From: Candidatus Bathyarchaeota archaeon | GTDB lineage: Archaea; Thermoproteota; Bathyarchaeia; TCS64 | Length of the DNA: 64,000 bases | Assembly: GCA_043826455.1 (NCBI GenBank) | Contig: JBDRQD010000066.1 | Location: forward strand, 1-64,000 | Direction: 5' to 3' | Shown: in pieces, positions 8,967 to 18,557 of the stretch | How the letters are laid out: each line of letters starts with the position of its first letter | Position numbering within the stretch: the first letter of the stretch is position 1 | Position numbers and translations under genes: made by a program | Notes under the pieces: model-generated | Seen by the model: the letters and a program-made list of their open reading frames with translations, nothing else | Databases searched by the model: none | Told to the model about the DNA's origin: nothing

Positions 8967-9052
8967 GAAGGGGAGCTGGGCAGCAGCCCGGCTGAGAGGA
9001 CGTTAACGCGTCGACCCTTTGAACCTGATCCAGGTAATACTGGCGGAGGGAA
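8967..9052 (+). ncRNA. TPP riboswitch (THI element) 2
   Basis: 81/86 identical to 5644-5729, differing only in loops and junctions; ends 6 nt before the thiT ATG. Confidence 0.96.
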
Positions 9053-9058
9053 CCAGAA

Positions 9059-9574
9059 ATGAGTAAAGAGATAAACACCCGGGTATTGGCTGAGGTGGCA
9101 GTGTCCGTCGCCCTAGCCTACGTTCTTAACCTGATCATCGTGTACCACCTCCCGCAGGGAGGCAGTATAACCCTTGGCAGCATGGTGCCCATACTGCTAC
9201 TGGGCCTCAGGAGGGGCCCCAGTACAGGCGTCTTCGCGGGGGCCGTCTTCGGCCTCGTGCAGCTGTTCCTGGGGGGCTACTGGTTCACCCTTGTGCAGGT
9301 GCTCCTTGACTACCCAGTGGCCTTCGCGTGCCTGGGGCTGGCCGGCTTCTTCAAGAACAACCCCAATGTGGGAGTCGTCGTGGCCGTCCTGGGCCGCTTC
9401 CTGTGCCATTTCGTGAGCGGCGTGGTCTTCTTCGGGGAGTACGCGCCCCCAGAGTTGGGCCCTGTGGTCTACAGCATTGTGTACAACGGCAGCTACATGC
9501 TTCCGGAGCTGGTGATCAGCGTGGCTGTGATCTACCTCCTCATCAAGAGGGGCGTCCTAGAGTACAGCCTATAA
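9059..9574 (+). CDS. thiT: ECF transporter S-component, ThiT thiamine transporter
   Basis: LPQGGSIT, QVLLDYPVAF, HFVSGVVFFGEYAP, YSIVYNGSY. Confidence 0.94.
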   Translation: MSKEINTRVLAEVAVSVALAYVLNLIIVYHLPQGGSITLGSMVPILLLGLRRGPSTGVFAGAVFGLVQLFLGGYWFTLVQVLLDYPVAFACLGLAGFFKNNPNVGVVVAVLGRFLCHFVSGVVFFGEYAPPELGPVVYSIVYNGSYMLPELVISVAVIYLLIKRGVLEYSL

Positions 9575-9680
9575 CCCCCTTTTTTATACGTAATAGGCGT
9601 TGCTCAAATCGCTTATAACCCGTGACGAGTCTGGTTTCTAAGCGTTCAGGGTGAATTATTTGAGTGACAGACAGTTCTAC

Positions 9681-11207
9681 ATGAGCACCTACAGGAAGGA
9701 CATCGAGTCCAGGCTCCCCAAGCGTGTCATCCTATACGACACGACCCTAAGGGACGGGGAGCAGCAACCCGGCGTCACCTACACCATCGACGAGAAGGTA
9801 ATGATCGCGAGGCAGCTGGACGAGCTCCGGGTGCCCAAGATCGAGGCCGGGTTCCCCATCACCAGCCCCGGGGAGACGGAGGCAGTGAAGCGGATAGCGG
9901 CTCTGGGCCTGGAGTCCACCATAACCGCCCTAGCCCGGCCCCTCAAACTTGACATCGACAGGGCCCTGGAGTGCGATGTGCCGTATATTCACATTTTCAT
10001 CAGCACCAGCGACATGCACATCCAGAACATGATGAAGACCACCAAGGAGGAGGTCACCAGGCAGACCGTGGAGAGCATAGAGTACGCCAAGGCCCACGGT
10101 GTGCGCGTTGAGTACAGCCCCCAGGACGCCACCCGAACTGACATAGGGTACCTCAAGGAGATATGCGTGGCGGCGTCTGACGCTGGCGCAAAGATGCTCA
10201 ACATCCCGGACACGGTGGGCGTCCTTACGCCCAGGCTCACCTACGAGTTCTTCAAGGAGCTCAAGGACGCGGTGAAGTCTCCGCTCAGCGCCCACGCCCA
10301 CGACGACATGGGCCAGGCCACCGCAACCAGCCTTGCGGCCGTGGAGGCGGGGGCCGAGCAGATCCACTGCACTGTGAACGGATTGGGGGAGCGGGCCGGC
10401 AACACCAGCCTGGAAGAGGTGGCCGTGGCCCTCATAGCCCAGTACGGCGTCGAGACTGGCCTGGATTACACTAAGATGGCGAAGACCAGCAGCCTAGTGG
10501 AGCGCCTGAGTGGCGTCTACATGACCCCCAACAAGGCGATAGTGGGGGACAACGCCTTCAGCCACGAGGCGGGCATCCATGTCCACGGCGTCCTCACCAA
10601 CAGGGGCAACTATGAGGTCATCAACGCCGAGTTTGTGGGCAAGAAGAGTAGGGTGATGGCGGGTAAGCATGCGGGCCGCCACGGAATCTTCAAGATGGTG
10701 ACCGACATGGGTTTGGAGCCCAGCGAGGATCAGCTCCGGCGGATAGCGGCCGAGGTGAAGGTTCTGGGGGACACGGGGAAGATAGTGACGGACAGCGACC
10801 TCTACGCCATAGCCAAGAACGTGATGGACATCAGGCTGGAGGACCGGGTGAAGCTGCAGCAGCTCCTGGTGGTAACCGGGAACACCATCACCCCCACAGC
10901 GTCTGTGACGCTCATGGTGGACGGCAAACCCATGACAGGCAGTGGGACCGGCAACGGGCCCATCGACTCGGCCATCGCCGCCATCAGGAACGTGGTGAAC
11001 GGGTTCGCCAACATCACCCTGGAGAAGTTCGCCATGAAAGCCATCACCGGCGGCACCGACGCCGTGGCCGACGTCACCGTCAACGTCCGGCAGGGCGACA
11101 AAACGGTGACCGCCAGCGGCGTCAACGGGGACACTGTCATGGCTAGCGTCGAAGCCATCCTCAAGGGCATGAACAGGCTCCTGGACAAGCAGGCTAACAG
11201 GCCATGA
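9681..11207 (+). CDS. leuA: 2-isopropylmalate/citramalate synthase family protein
   Basis: DTTLRDGEQ, HAHDD, NGLGERAGN, HEAGIH, C-terminal regulatory domain GNGPID; LeuA versus CimA not resolved. Confidence 0.88.
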   Translation: MSTYRKDIESRLPKRVILYDTTLRDGEQQPGVTYTIDEKVMIARQLDELRVPKIEAGFPITSPGETEAVKRIAALGLESTITALARPLKLDIDRALECDVPYIHIFISTSDMHIQNMMKTTKEEVTRQTVESIEYAKAHGVRVEYSPQDATRTDIGYLKEICVAASDAGAKMLNIPDTVGVLTPRLTYEFFKELKDAVKSPLSAHAHDDMGQATATSLAAVEAGAEQIHCTVNGLGERAGNTSLEEVAVALIAQYGVETGLDYTKMAKTSSLVERLSGVYMTPNKAIVGDNAFSHEAGIHVHGVLTNRGNYEVINAEFVGKKSRVMAGKHAGRHGIFKMVTDMGLEPSEDQLRRIAAEVKVLGDTGKIVTDSDLYAIAKNVMDIRLEDRVKLQQLLVVTGNTITPTASVTLMVDGKPMTGSGTGNGPIDSAIAAIRNVVNGFANITLEKFAMKAITGGTDAVADVTVNVRQGDKTVTASGVNGDTVMASVEAILKGMNRLLDKQANRP

Positions 11208-12460
11208 GCACCATCAGTGAGAAGATCCTGGCCAGCCACGCGGGCCTAGAAGAGGTGGCACCCGGGGAGATCGTGAAGGCCGGGATAGACTTCGCCTTCA
11301 TGCCGGACCTCACAGCGGCCCTGGCATTCTACGCCATGAGGGACATGGGGATAGACAGGGTCTGGGACCCACGGAAGGTGAGCATCCTCCTGGATCACAT
11401 AGCGCCGGCGACAAACATAACAAACGCCAGCCTCCAGAAGGAATGCAGGTGGATAGCCCGAGTTCAGGGCCTCCGCCACTTCTATGACATCAACGCCGGG
11501 GTATGCCACCAGGTTATCCCCGAGAAGGGCCACGTGTACCCTGGTATAGTCCTGGTGGGGGCCGACAGCCACACGTGCACCCACGGCGCCTTCGGGGCCT
11601 TCGCCACGGGCATCGGCAGCACCGACATGGGCGCAGCAATAGGCACCGGCAAGCTGTGGTTCAAGGTTCCTGAAACAATCAGGGTGAACGTAGGGGGGCC
11701 ACTGATGAGCCGTGTCATGTCCAAGGACATCATCCTGAGGACGGCCAAGGTCCTAGGGGCAGACGGGGCCACCTACTGCGCCCTGGAGTTCACCGGGTCA
11801 ACCATAGACGGATTAAGCGTCGGGGCCAGGATGACCATCTGCAATATGGCCATAGAGCTGGGGGGCAAGACGGGGATAGTGGCTCCGGACGAGAAGACAG
11901 ACAGATTCCTTGAGGGCAGGGTGAGGAGTCCCTACAAGCCGGTATACTCTGACCCCGACGCCGTCTACAGGCAGACCGTGGAGATCGACGGGGCCGGGCT
12001 TGAGCCCCAGGTGGCTTGCCCCCACTCCGTGGACAACGTGAGGCCCGTCACCGAGGTGGCGGGTAAGGCCGTGAACCAGGTCTTCATAGGGTCCTGCACC
12101 AACGGCAGGCTGGAGGACCTGGAGGCCGCCGCCGAGATCATGAAGGGCAAGAAAATTCACTCAGACACGAGGGTCATCGTGACCCCGGCCAGCTACGAGG
12201 TCTACCATGCCGCCAACAGAAGAGGGTTGATCAAGGCGTTTATGGACGCCGGAGCCGTGGTCTGTAACCCCAGCTGCAGCGTATGCTTCGGGGGTAACCA
12301 CGGCATCCTGGCGGCGGGTGAGGTGAGCCTCAGCACCAGCAACCGCAACTTCAGGGGCAGGCAGGGCAGCAAGGAGAGCCTCGTGTACCTTTGCAGCCCG
12401 GCTACAGCGGCTGCCAGCGCGTTGACTGGCGTGATAACTGACCCGAGGGAGGCGCAGTGA
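11204..12460 (+). CDS. leuC: 3-isopropylmalate dehydratase/homoaconitase large subunit
   Basis: GADSHTCT, GSCTNGR, CSVC, STSNRNFRGRQG. Confidence 0.93.
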   Translation: MSTISEKILASHAGLEEVAPGEIVKAGIDFAFMPDLTAALAFYAMRDMGIDRVWDPRKVSILLDHIAPATNITNASLQKECRWIARVQGLRHFYDINAGVCHQVIPEKGHVYPGIVLVGADSHTCTHGAFGAFATGIGSTDMGAAIGTGKLWFKVPETIRVNVGGPLMSRVMSKDIILRTAKVLGADGATYCALEFTGSTIDGLSVGARMTICNMAIELGGKTGIVAPDEKTDRFLEGRVRSPYKPVYSDPDAVYRQTVEIDGAGLEPQVACPHSVDNVRPVTEVAGKAVNQVFIGSCTNGRLEDLEAAAEIMKGKKIHSDTRVIVTPASYEVYHAANRRGLIKAFMDAGAVVCNPSCSVCFGGNHGILAAGEVSLSTSNRNFRGRQGSKESLVYLCSPATAAASALTGVITDPREAQ

Positions 12461-12951
12461 TGAGGATCAAGGGACGGGCCTGGAACTACGGTGACGACGT
12501 GAACACCGACTACATTCTCCCCGGCGTCTACCTGGAGCTCACCGACCCCGCAGAGATGGGGCGGCACGCCATGGAGGGGCTTGACCCGGAGTTCAGCAAG
12601 AAGGTAAAGGTGGGGGACGTGGTCATCGGTGGGCGCAACTTCGGGTTGGGAAGCAGCCGGGAGCACGCCCCCATCGCGCTGAAGGCCGCCGGTGTGGCCG
12701 CGGTGGTCGCTGAGAGCTTCGCCCGCATCTATTACAGGAACTCCTTCAACCTGGGGCTGCCCGCCCTGGAGTGCCCCGGCGTTAGTAAGGCGATTAAGAC
12801 GGGGGACGCCGTGGAGATCGATGTAGACGCGGGGATCATCACCGTCGGGTCGAGGAGGCTCCGGTTCAAGCCTGTGCCCGAGTTCATGCAGAGGATTCTG
12901 GACGCCGGTGGCCTCAGGGAGTACATCAAGCAGAACAGGGACAGCTGGTAA
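12457..12951 (+). CDS. leuD: 3-isopropylmalate dehydratase small subunit
   Basis: [28 protein letters not shown]. Confidence 0.93.
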   Translation: MMRIKGRAWNYGDDVNTDYILPGVYLELTDPAEMGRHAMEGLDPEFSKKVKVGDVVIGGRNFGLGSSREHAPIALKAAGVAAVVAESFARIYYRNSFNLGLPALECPGVSKAIKTGDAVEIDVDAGIITVGSRRLRFKPVPEFMQRILDAGGLREYIKQNRDSW

Positions 12952-13100
12952 CCGTTCCTTCTCCTATGCCTGAGTATCATATTTTATTTAATAGACGTTT
13001 TTTTCATATAGGTTTAATAACTGGTGTTGTAGCTTATTGCGCATACGAGGAGTATTGTGAGTAATATTCTGAGTATAGCAACGTAGAAGGAGTGAAAGAT

Positions 13101-13265
13101 ATGGGTTATAGAGAGAGGCGCAGTTTCGACCGCGGCCCCAGAGAGATGCACAAGGCAACTTGCGCAGATTGTGGCCAGGAGTGCGAGGTCCCGTTCAAGC
13201 CGACCGAGGGCCGACCAGTCTACTGTAGGGACTGCTACCAGAAGCACAGGCCAGCCAGGTACTAG
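13101..13265 (+). CDS. CxxC-x17-CxxC small zinc-binding protein (54 aa, not in ORF track)
   Basis: MGYRERRSFDRGPREMHKATCADCGQECEVPFKPTEGRPVYCRDCYQKHRPARY; GGAG upstream. Confidence 0.93.
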   Translation: MGYRERRSFDRGPREMHKATCADCGQECEVPFKPTEGRPVYCRDCYQKHRPARY

Positions 13266-13343
13266 GGTACCGAGATGCGCCTGAGGGCGTCGCCTCCATG
13301 AGGCGAGCCACGTAAACTTATTTTCATTAAATCTTTGCAGACG

Positions 13344-13565
13344 TTACTGTCGTTTTGCCTTGGTGATTCTTTCAAGCTGCTGCTTGACCTGCTCCAGGTC
13401 TCTGCCGCCTCCACCTCGCGGAAAGTAGCGTCTCCCTTTATCGGACTCGTAGAAGCTGTAGATGCTGTAGTAGGGTTGGCCGTTCAATGTGTACTTTACC
13501 AGTATGTGTTCGCCTACGCGATCTATCTCCTCTGAGCCCTCTGGTAGCGCTGTTTTTGGTTTCAT
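13344..13565 (-). CDS. Small hypothetical protein
   Basis: 73-aa ORF with plausible composition filling the intergenic gap. Confidence 0.65.
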   Translation of the reverse strand: MKPKTALPEGSEEIDRVGEHILVKYTLNGQPYYSIYSFYESDKGRRYFPRGGGGRDLEQVKQQLERITKAKRQ

Positions 13566-13656
13566 GTTTTATAATCCGCTAAGACTAGGATACGCGTCAC
13601 AGGGGATATCCTTTGCCATTGAAGCATGAAGATCATAGCTAGATTGGCCTTACTCT

Positions 13657-14202
13657 TCACCCTGAGCCCAGTTTAATGCCTAGCTGGTACGCCTGTTTAA
13701 GCTCCTTTTCGCGCTCCGAGATGGGCAGGTCTCTGCGGGTCTCTGGGTCGTAGGTGCGGCACGCCAGGCTGTGCAGTTTGATGTGGAAGTGGGGGGCTAT
13801 CCGTTCGAACATGGCTACGGCTGACTGGTAGTGATGCCGGTAGGTGATGAGCACTGCGAAGGTTTTGTCCTCGAACCCGGCCCAGGCCAGGGCCTCCATC
13901 CTGTCCTGTACGGTCTTGAGTTGGGCTGTGAGGTAGCCCCAGTACATGGGTGAGGCCCAGACTATGATGTCGGCTGCCTTGTATGCCCTGTAGATTTGTT
14001 GCATGTCGTCGTCTATGCGGCAGCTGTGGGGTGGTTTGGCGCAGTGGAGGCAGCCCTGGCAGTGGCTGATACTTAGCTCGTTTACGTAGAAGTGGGTTAC
14101 ATGGTGGAGTCCTGTCTCGTTTAGGCCCTTCAGGAGCGTGTCTGCGAGGGTGTCGGAGTTCATGCCTTTCCTGGGGCTGCCGTGGAGCACTACGATGTTC
14201 AT
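13657..14202 (-). CDS. Flavodoxin-fold / iron-sulfur flavoprotein (FMN reductase family)
   Basis: HGSPRKGMNS, CQGCLHC..C, DDM, ASPMYWG. Confidence 0.9.
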   Translation of the reverse strand: MNIVVLHGSPRKGMNSDTLADTLLKGLNETGLHHVTHFYVNELSISHCQGCLHCAKPPHSCRIDDDMQQIYRAYKAADIIVWASPMYWGYLTAQLKTVQDRMEALAWAGFEDKTFAVLITYRHHYQSAVAMFERIAPHFHIKLHSLACRTYDPETRRDLPISEREKELKQAYQLGIKLGSG

Positions 14203-14281
14203 GGCTTGGTAGGTGCGTCGTCTGGGGGATATATCTTCTTCATGATGTGTCTTGAGGGTTCAGTGTGTGTTATGTGGGTTA

Positions 14282-14476
14282 GTTTGTTACAAGTGGCTGG
14301 TAATTTCGTGGAGTTAAGGGGTGTCCGTGGGACGGGCTTCCAGGGTTTGTTCCTAGTGGCTGGGAATTGTCGAGTTTAGGGGGGTCCATGGTTTATCACT
14401 TGTAGCTTGTAATTTGGCTAATCTGGGGGGTTGATGTCAGCTGTGTGGAAGAATGTGATATTTTTGAGTTGCTTTT
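14282..14476. repeat. Three degenerate tandem units plus tail of a dispersed repeat
   Basis: GTTTGTTACAAGTGGCTGGTAATT-like units at 14282, 14345 and 14391; tail shared with 37740-37792 and 1064-1112. Confidence 0.75.
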
Positions 14477-14551
14477 AACTAAATCTCCATTATGGGGTCG
14501 AGGCGTACTCAGGTGAGTTCTGGTGAGAAGGTTTGAGCCGGCCAGAGTTTT

Positions 14552-15601
14552 CTAGGCGAGTCCTCTGTCTTTTATTCTTCTCTCCTCCCACACACCGTAG
14601 TCTATGGGGGGATCAATTCTTTCATGCTCTGGCTTCAGACATAGTTTAGCTGCGTCTACAGGGCAGCCTGTAACACAGAGACCGCAGCCGATGCACTTGT
14701 TTAGGTTCACCATCGCTTTATCGTTGACCAGTTCTACTGCGTCCACCTGGCACCGTTGTTCACATACGCCACAGCCGATGCACGCGTCACAGTCGATCTC
14801 AGCGTAGTAGTTGGCGACGGCGACAGAGTTCTCGTAGCCGAACTCGGCTAGGCCACGAAGAATGCCGCAGCAACACCCGCAGCAGTTGCAGACGTAGTTG
14901 ATTCCCTCCATTACGTTACTCACGGTGTGTACCAGTCCAACTCTCTCAGTCTCGTCTAGGAGGGCCAGCGCCTCTTCCTTCGTTATGTCTCCTGGTCTCG
15001 GAGGGCGCTCATAGGATAAGAAGCTTAGGCAGTTGTGGACGGGGAAATCGCATCTCCGCCCAACGTGGTCCTGCTGTGTTCTACAGATGCAGTCACTCAC
15101 GTGGAACACCTTGCTCTTCAGGAGTATGGCCTTGACGTCGTCGTAGGGTAGAACCCACTCCGACTTCACGGCCCCCTGCGCTGGCACTACTCTGTGTATG
15201 CTGGGGAGGGGTTTCATGAGCCCCTCCATTCCGCCTTCATGAAAGTAGTCTTCCACAAGGTGCGCGAAGCTGTGGTCCATTGAGTCGAGTTGCGCCTCGT
15301 AGATTCCCACTATCCATGGGGCCAGCCTGTAGTGGGGTTCACTGTTTTTTGTTGTGGTCCACAGCATACTTTTCTTGGACATGTCTTCTAGTTGTTCTTT
15401 CACTGTTCCTGGGTCCAGGTGGTTTCGTTCGGCTATTTCTTTGGCTGATTCGTATTCCCTTGTCAGTGTTGAGGCGAGCTTTGCCTCCGGCTCGCTGAAT
15501 ATTCGTTTTAGTATCTCCAGCTCTACTCCAGACTCTGTTCTGGGGAACCCGTTTGGGAGTTTGTTTAATGCTTCAGCCAACTTACTATAATCACTGGACA
15601 A
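14552..15601 (-). CDS. 4Fe-4S binding protein with N-terminal wHTH-like region and C-terminal ferredoxin
   Basis: CICR, CNCCGCCC, two CxxCxxCxxxC motifs. Confidence 0.88.
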   Translation of the reverse strand: MSSDYSKLAEALNKLPNGFPRTESGVELEILKRIFSEPEAKLASTLTREYESAKEIAERNHLDPGTVKEQLEDMSKKSMLWTTTKNSEPHYRLAPWIVGIYEAQLDSMDHSFAHLVEDYFHEGGMEGLMKPLPSIHRVVPAQGAVKSEWVLPYDDVKAILLKSKVFHVSDCICRTQQDHVGRRCDFPVHNCLSFLSYERPPRPGDITKEEALALLDETERVGLVHTVSNVMEGINYVCNCCGCCCGILRGLAEFGYENSVAVANYYAEIDCDACIGCGVCEQRCQVDAVELVNDKAMVNLNKCIGCGLCVTGCPVDAAKLCLKPEHERIDPPIDYGVWEERRIKDRGLA

Positions 15602-15801
15602 TCCTTCTCACCAATACGTTACGTATATTATGGATAAGATTTATATTAAAAGATGAGACGGCGACTTCACGACTCGCCGGTGGGTTCGACCCTCACCCTT
15701 TACATGAGATAATTTTACAGCCCATCAAGGAATTGACGATGGTTTGTGCTCTCGCACTCAGAAGATTATTTAATGTTTTCATCCGATCCGAGTGATGAGG
15801 C

Positions 15802-16257
15802 ATGTCTGCAAAAGCATTGATCCTTAGAGAGGAGTTCGAGTTTGCTTTCGCAAGCCTAGAAAGAGCCCTCGATGGAATAGATGATGTAGAGTTCGAATAC
15901 AGGCTCACCGAGGCTAGTAACAGTATCCAGATGATACTCAACCACCTGAGCAGGATAACGAACCTGAACATGCCGAGAATAATAAGCGGAGATTTCGATT
16001 ACGTCCCAGAAGACTGGCCAGGTGACTACGTTGAGCACAACTACGGGTTAGAAAAAATGATGGGCGACATCAATAGGGGTAAGAAGAAGGTACTAGAGGA
16101 TGTCGCGAGACTATCTGAGGAACAGTTAGAGGAGGTATTACCTCTTATGTCGGGCCCCTATCCGCGTAAGATAGGGTTATTCGCCTACGTGGGGGAACTT
16201 TTCCACCACAGGGGACAGATCGCCTTCATCAGGGGGACAGTGAAACGCCTAAGATAA
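15802..16257 (+). CDS. DinB family protein
   Basis: NSIQMILNHL and HHRGQI motifs. Confidence 0.82.
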   Translation: MSAKALILREEFEFAFASLERALDGIDDVEFEYRLTEASNSIQMILNHLSRITNLNMPRIISGDFDYVPEDWPGDYVEHNYGLEKMMGDINRGKKKVLEDVARLSEEQLEEVLPLMSGPYPRKIGLFAYVGELFHHRGQIAFIRGTVKRLR

Positions 16258-16386
16258 CGTGACTCCAGTTTCCTGAGATAATCTCTTTTGACGTTGAGTA
16301 ATTTGTGTGCATCATAACCTGATACGTCTGCACACAGTGAATTAAGGGATTAAATTATCGACTCACATGGAACAATGCGCGCACTG

Positions 16387-17238
16387 CTAGTATGTAACAC
16401 TCCCAGCCATTCTCCCGGCGACCCTGAGAAACCTATCCCTGTATCCTTCGTCGCCATGGAGAAGCTTGTGGAGTGAATCGTACTCTCTCACCAGTTCATC
16501 TATAGCCGGAATAATCTTCCTCGGCTCGTTGAGCCCCAGATCGTTCCTCAGGGCGTCGAAGACCGCAGGGTTGCAGAGAGCAGCCCTCCCGATCATGACA
16601 CCCGCCACGCCCATCCCCATGAGTGCCCTCACCTTCTCGGCGGAGTCGACGCCCCCGTTTGCGATGACTGGCACTCCGCCGGCTGCTTCGACGCACTCGG
16701 GGAACACCGAGTAGTCCTCGGGCTCACCCGACTCCTGGGCGGCCGTCTTGGCGTGGACTATGAATAGGTCTGCCTTGACACCGCTCAGGCTGTTCAGGTA
16801 GAGCCTGTTCCTCTTCTCAAACTCGTTGGTGCCGAGCCGCAGCTTCACGGACGCCGTGTATCCGTGACCCTGGATGATGGACACGAGCCTCTGGGTCTTA
16901 GCGGCCCGCTTGACCATGGCGGCACCCTTACCGTGCCTGATGACGTCCACGCTGGGGCAGCACAGGTTGAGGTTGAACCCCTTAAACCCCGGGAAGGGTT
17001 TGAAGCTCTCGATGAACCATTCAAGCTGGTCCTCGCGCCCCGTCAGTAGCTGTATCTGGACGGGAGTCAAGTCAGGGGCCTCTAACCTGGCGAGCGCCGG
17101 CTTGTTGCCCCTGAGGAGGCTTTCAACGTGAGCCATCTCCGTGAAGGTGAGGTCGGCTCCGTGGGTGTGGCAGAGGGTGCGGAGGACGCCGTCAGAGTAG
17201 CCCTCAAGGGGCGCGAGCATGAAGCTGAACAAGGCCAT
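16387..17238 (-). CDS. tRNA-dihydrouridine synthase family protein
   Basis: LAPLEG, TEM, NLCCP, SVKLR, IANGGV, GVMIGRAA. Confidence 0.9.
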   Translation of the reverse strand: MALFSFMLAPLEGYSDGVLRTLCHTHGADLTFTEMAHVESLLRGNKPALARLEAPDLTPVQIQLLTGREDQLEWFIESFKPFPGFKGFNLNLCCPSVDVIRHGKGAAMVKRAAKTQRLVSIIQGHGYTASVKLRLGTNEFEKRNRLYLNSLSGVKADLFIVHAKTAAQESGEPEDYSVFPECVEAAGGVPVIANGGVDSAEKVRALMGMGVAGVMIGRAALCNPAVFDALRNDLGLNEPRKIIPAIDELVREYDSLHKLLHGDEGYRDRFLRVAGRMAGSVTY

Positions 17239-17330
17239 GTAGATGTCTGGGCCGCGGAATATATATGCGTGGCAAAGGATGCTAGGTCTCTCTTTTACTG
17301 TAAAATATGATGATGAGACAGGTTAAGGGG

Positions 17331-18557
17331 CTAGACCCACACCTGCTCCAGCACCCTCAACGCGTTAAGCCCCACCACCTTCTGAATCTCTGCGTCACTG
17401 TACCCGTGGCCCACCATCCAGCGGGCGATATTCACGAACTCGCTGGGGTTCTCCAGCCCCTTGACGTACCCGGGGTCAACCACGCCTCCAGGAACAGCGG
17501 GCTCAGGCATCACCCGTCTACCCTCACGCCGATGGTGTCCCCGCCTAAGCGGAAACCAGACCCCGTAGAGCTCCTGGTGAGCCCCGTACAGGGTGTCTGG
17601 GCCGCAGCCCACGTGGTCGACCCCCATGAGGTCGATGCAGTACTCCACGCACTCCATGTAGCTCTCGATGCTGCCCACCGGGTTCTTTTCTGTCCTCAGG
17701 CCTCGGCCCGCGCCCCCAACTCCCAGGAGGCCGCCGCTCTCAGCCAGCGCGTGGAGTACTTCGTCCCCGTTGGTATGGCCCACCGCTATCGCAGCGGGAC
17801 CGCTGTGGCTGTTATAGATGGGCTCGTCACTGGCCTCTATCGTTTCCAGAGCCGTACGATCATTCGTGTGCCCCACATCGATGAACATCCCCAGCCTGTT
17901 CATACGCTTCACCGCGTCGTACCCAAAGTCCGTCAACCCCGAGTCTAGGCGAGTCTCACCCATACCCCCACCCAGCATGTTCGACTCGCTGTAACACATG
18001 CCCATGCTTCGCACCCCTAGCCCGTAAAGGACGTCGATCCTGTCCAGTTCGTTCTCAATGGGTGAAGCCGACTCCAGCGCCAACACTAGAGCGATCCTGC
18101 CATCCCTGTGGGCTTCCCTTATGTCCTTCACGGTCCTGCAGTGGGTGATCATCCCCTGGTGGGCGGTGTCGCTCAGCCTGATACCTATATCGTGGAGCAC
18201 GTCCCCCCACTTCCAGCCGCTGTAGCTGGTCACGTAGGCCATGCCGTCCATCAGGTTATCGAACACGCAGTCGATGTGGCTGGTGCTCAGCGCCTCGTAG
18301 GCCGTGAACTGGCGGCCCAGCCTGTGCATCTCCGGCACATCCCTCATGTCCTCAGGCCACAGCACCGGGTGCTCATGGAGGTCCACTAGGATGCTCTTCT
18401 CCACTAGGCCCAGGAACCTATCCTTCTCGCCCTCCGACAGGGGCACATAGTAGGGCTCCACCCTGGGGTGCCCGGCCAGCTTAAACTCCTTGTAGTCGAA
18501 CCCGGGCTCAAGGTAGCTGAAGGCCCGGTAACCGTCATAACGCTTCACGCCGCCCAA
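17331..18557 (-). CDS. Dipeptidase, M19 family
   Basis: DLHEH, SGLTDFG, IDVGH, SHS, GVDHVGCGPD. Confidence 0.9.
   Translation of the reverse strand: MGGVKRYDGYRAFSYLEPGFDYKEFKLAGHPRVEPYYVPLSEGEKDRFLGLVEKSILVDLHEHPVLWPEDMRDVPEMHRLGRQFTAYEALSTSHIDCVFDNLMDGMAYVTSYSGWKWGDVLHDIGIRLSDTAHQGMITHCRTVKDIREAHRDGRIALVLALESASPIENELDRIDVLYGLGVRSMGMCYSESNMLGGGMGETRLDSGLTDFGYDAVKRMNRLGMFIDVGHTNDRTALETIEASDEPIYNSHSGPAAIAVGHTNGDEVLHALAESGGLLGVGGAGRGLRTEKNPVGSIESYMECVEYCIDLMGVDHVGCGPDTLYGAHQELYGVWFPLRRGHHRREGRRVMPEPAVPGGVVDPGYVKGLENPSEFVNIARWMVGHGYSDAEIQKVVGLNALRVLEQVWV

Noticed and set aside
14282..14440. Mini-CRISPR array (GTTT-starting repeats, first period 63 nt)
   Set aside because: The would-be spacers resemble each other, periods are unequal (63 and 46), repeats are degenerate and no cas genes are present; better described as a tandem repeat
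14282..14476. Replication origin ORB elements
   Set aside because: No match to TTCCAGTGGAAAC, no cdc6/orc1 and no AT-rich unwinding element
15655..15700. tRNA-like fragment (GGGTTCGACCC)
   Set aside because: Only a T-loop-like hairpin; no acceptor or anticodon arms
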